A DNA stretch of 63,251 nucleotides, counting the filler, from Asterionella formosa (taxonomy: Eukaryota): the NCBI GenBank assembly GCA_002256025.1. It is 11 parts of 11 records of this genome, joined end to end, with 100 filler letters (N's around TTAATTAATTAA, not from the genome) between each part and the next. Parts side by side here need not be neighbours in the genome. Positions count along the whole stretch, not along the records: positions 61,773 to 63,251 come from NKIB01002266.1; 10 more parts are not named here. One strand, 5' to 3'. Shown here piece by piece: positions 62,151 to 63,251 of this stretch. A program made the position numbers and the translations under genes. The notes below the pieces were generated by a model, which ran no database searches, was not told the origin of the DNA, and saw only the letters and a program-made list of their open reading frames with translations. The stretch's first letter is position 1; each line of letters opens with the position of its first letter.

Positions 62151-63160
62151 AAGAGGTTTTTTTTCAGAACACACCATTTTGTCTGAAGAAGACCAAATGC
62201 CATTTCTATTCTTATCCTTAGCTGTGAAAGGAAAAAGTTAAATGTATCCTGTGTTGGATCATCACGTTGTGAGCCAACAAAGGTAACAAGCATTACATCA
62301 GACAATGTGTAAGCTGCATCGCCGACCAGATAAAAACCTGTGTTGAATGCTGCAACTCGATCGAAAATGGAAGTTCGTTCAAAAGCTACTTGGTCACTGC
62401 ATTTTCCCGTTGCAATTACACCAAAATAAATAAATCTTGAGTCAGCATCACAAACAGCCTGGACATTGATTCCATAAGTCATGTAGTGACCGGAAAAAAA
62501 TGAACCAGGGTTGTTGCCACTTTCAACTATAGTCGGGCGGTTGATGGTGGCTAGGAAGCCGTCAATAGCACCAACACATCCTCTCATCATGCCCTCTGAG
62601 CTTTTGCATTCAAAGCTGGAAGCCAATTTGATAAATTCTTCTTGTTCTTTTGGAAAAACAATTTCGAGTTCTCCACAGTTTAGTACAGCATCAATGAACA
62701 AATCACGACATCGATAAAGTGAAGCAATGCTACAGCCGTCGGCATGACGAATGTCGATGTAACTGCCACCAGCCAGCCATCGCAAACCAATGGCTACCAC
62801 AATTTCGGGAATTATGGGCTCAGAAGTGCCACATTTGGAATAATTCCCTGCAATCTGAATTTCCAGCATGGAGGTGAGTTTTTTGAATGCTCTGTGTGAC
62901 ATTCTGTATGTCTTCTCGAAAGCAATCTCGTGATTGAGTTTCTCGACATGTGATTGCCAGGAGATTCTTTCGTGGTGCCACTTGTGCCTTCGTTGTCGTC
63001 GTCGTTCAGATGACTGAAGCTGCCGTTTACAGCGTCGCCTTTGTCGTTTGGATGAGTGTTCTTTTTCCTCTGCTTCCTTAGCTAAATGACAGAGGAAGAA
63101 GAAATCAAGATCACTACTGTCATCGTCATTATCATCAAGTAAATCAAATGGCGACGACAT
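62123..63160 (-). mobile_element. PIF/Harbinger (HARBI1-like, DDE_Tnp_4) transposase, C-terminally truncated
   Basis: FEKTYRMS, LRWLAGGSY, GCVGAIDG, INVQAVCD, YLVGDAAY, RIRIEMAFGLL..KW. The usual terminal LHN helix is absent. Confidence 0.9.
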
Positions 63161-63251
63161 GATTCATGCAAATGTGTGTTTTTAATATTATATTTAGTTT
63201 CCCGGTAATTATATTTTGTTGTTGCTTGATATCAAGACCATCATTATATTC

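Overview
Eukaryotic nuclear DNA, most likely from a diatom. Evidence: spliceosomal GT-AG introns, bipartite ASAF-type plastid presequences, a chlorophyll a/c light-harvesting gene, a silicanin-like gene and CoDi-type Copia remnants. The window is not one contiguous locus. Ten N-flanked TTAATTAATTAA linkers join two ~24.5 kb pieces and nine ~1.5 kb pieces, so adjacency across a linker means nothing. Genes: zf-CW chromatin protein, DUF4258-like/vWA/alpha-kinase fusion, plastid ABC-F, nucleoside hydrolase, Lhc, carrier protein, silicanin-like protein, NFS1, ER 2OG-Fe(II) dioxygenase, DUF218-like protein, Mic19-like protein, RING-H2 ligase, TPR protein, LRR protein and a Pro-1 tautomerase-like protein. 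These are interspersed with decayed Copia, Gypsy, LINE, Harbinger, mariner and Kolobok/Mutator-like elements. Two observations stand out: (i) two independently inserted tRNA-headed SINE-like elements, each with its own target-site duplication and a highly base-paired body, and (ii) a protein fusing a putative RelE/BECR-like DUF4258 domain to vWA and an alpha-kinase. All family assignments come from motif recognition by eye; no searches were run.
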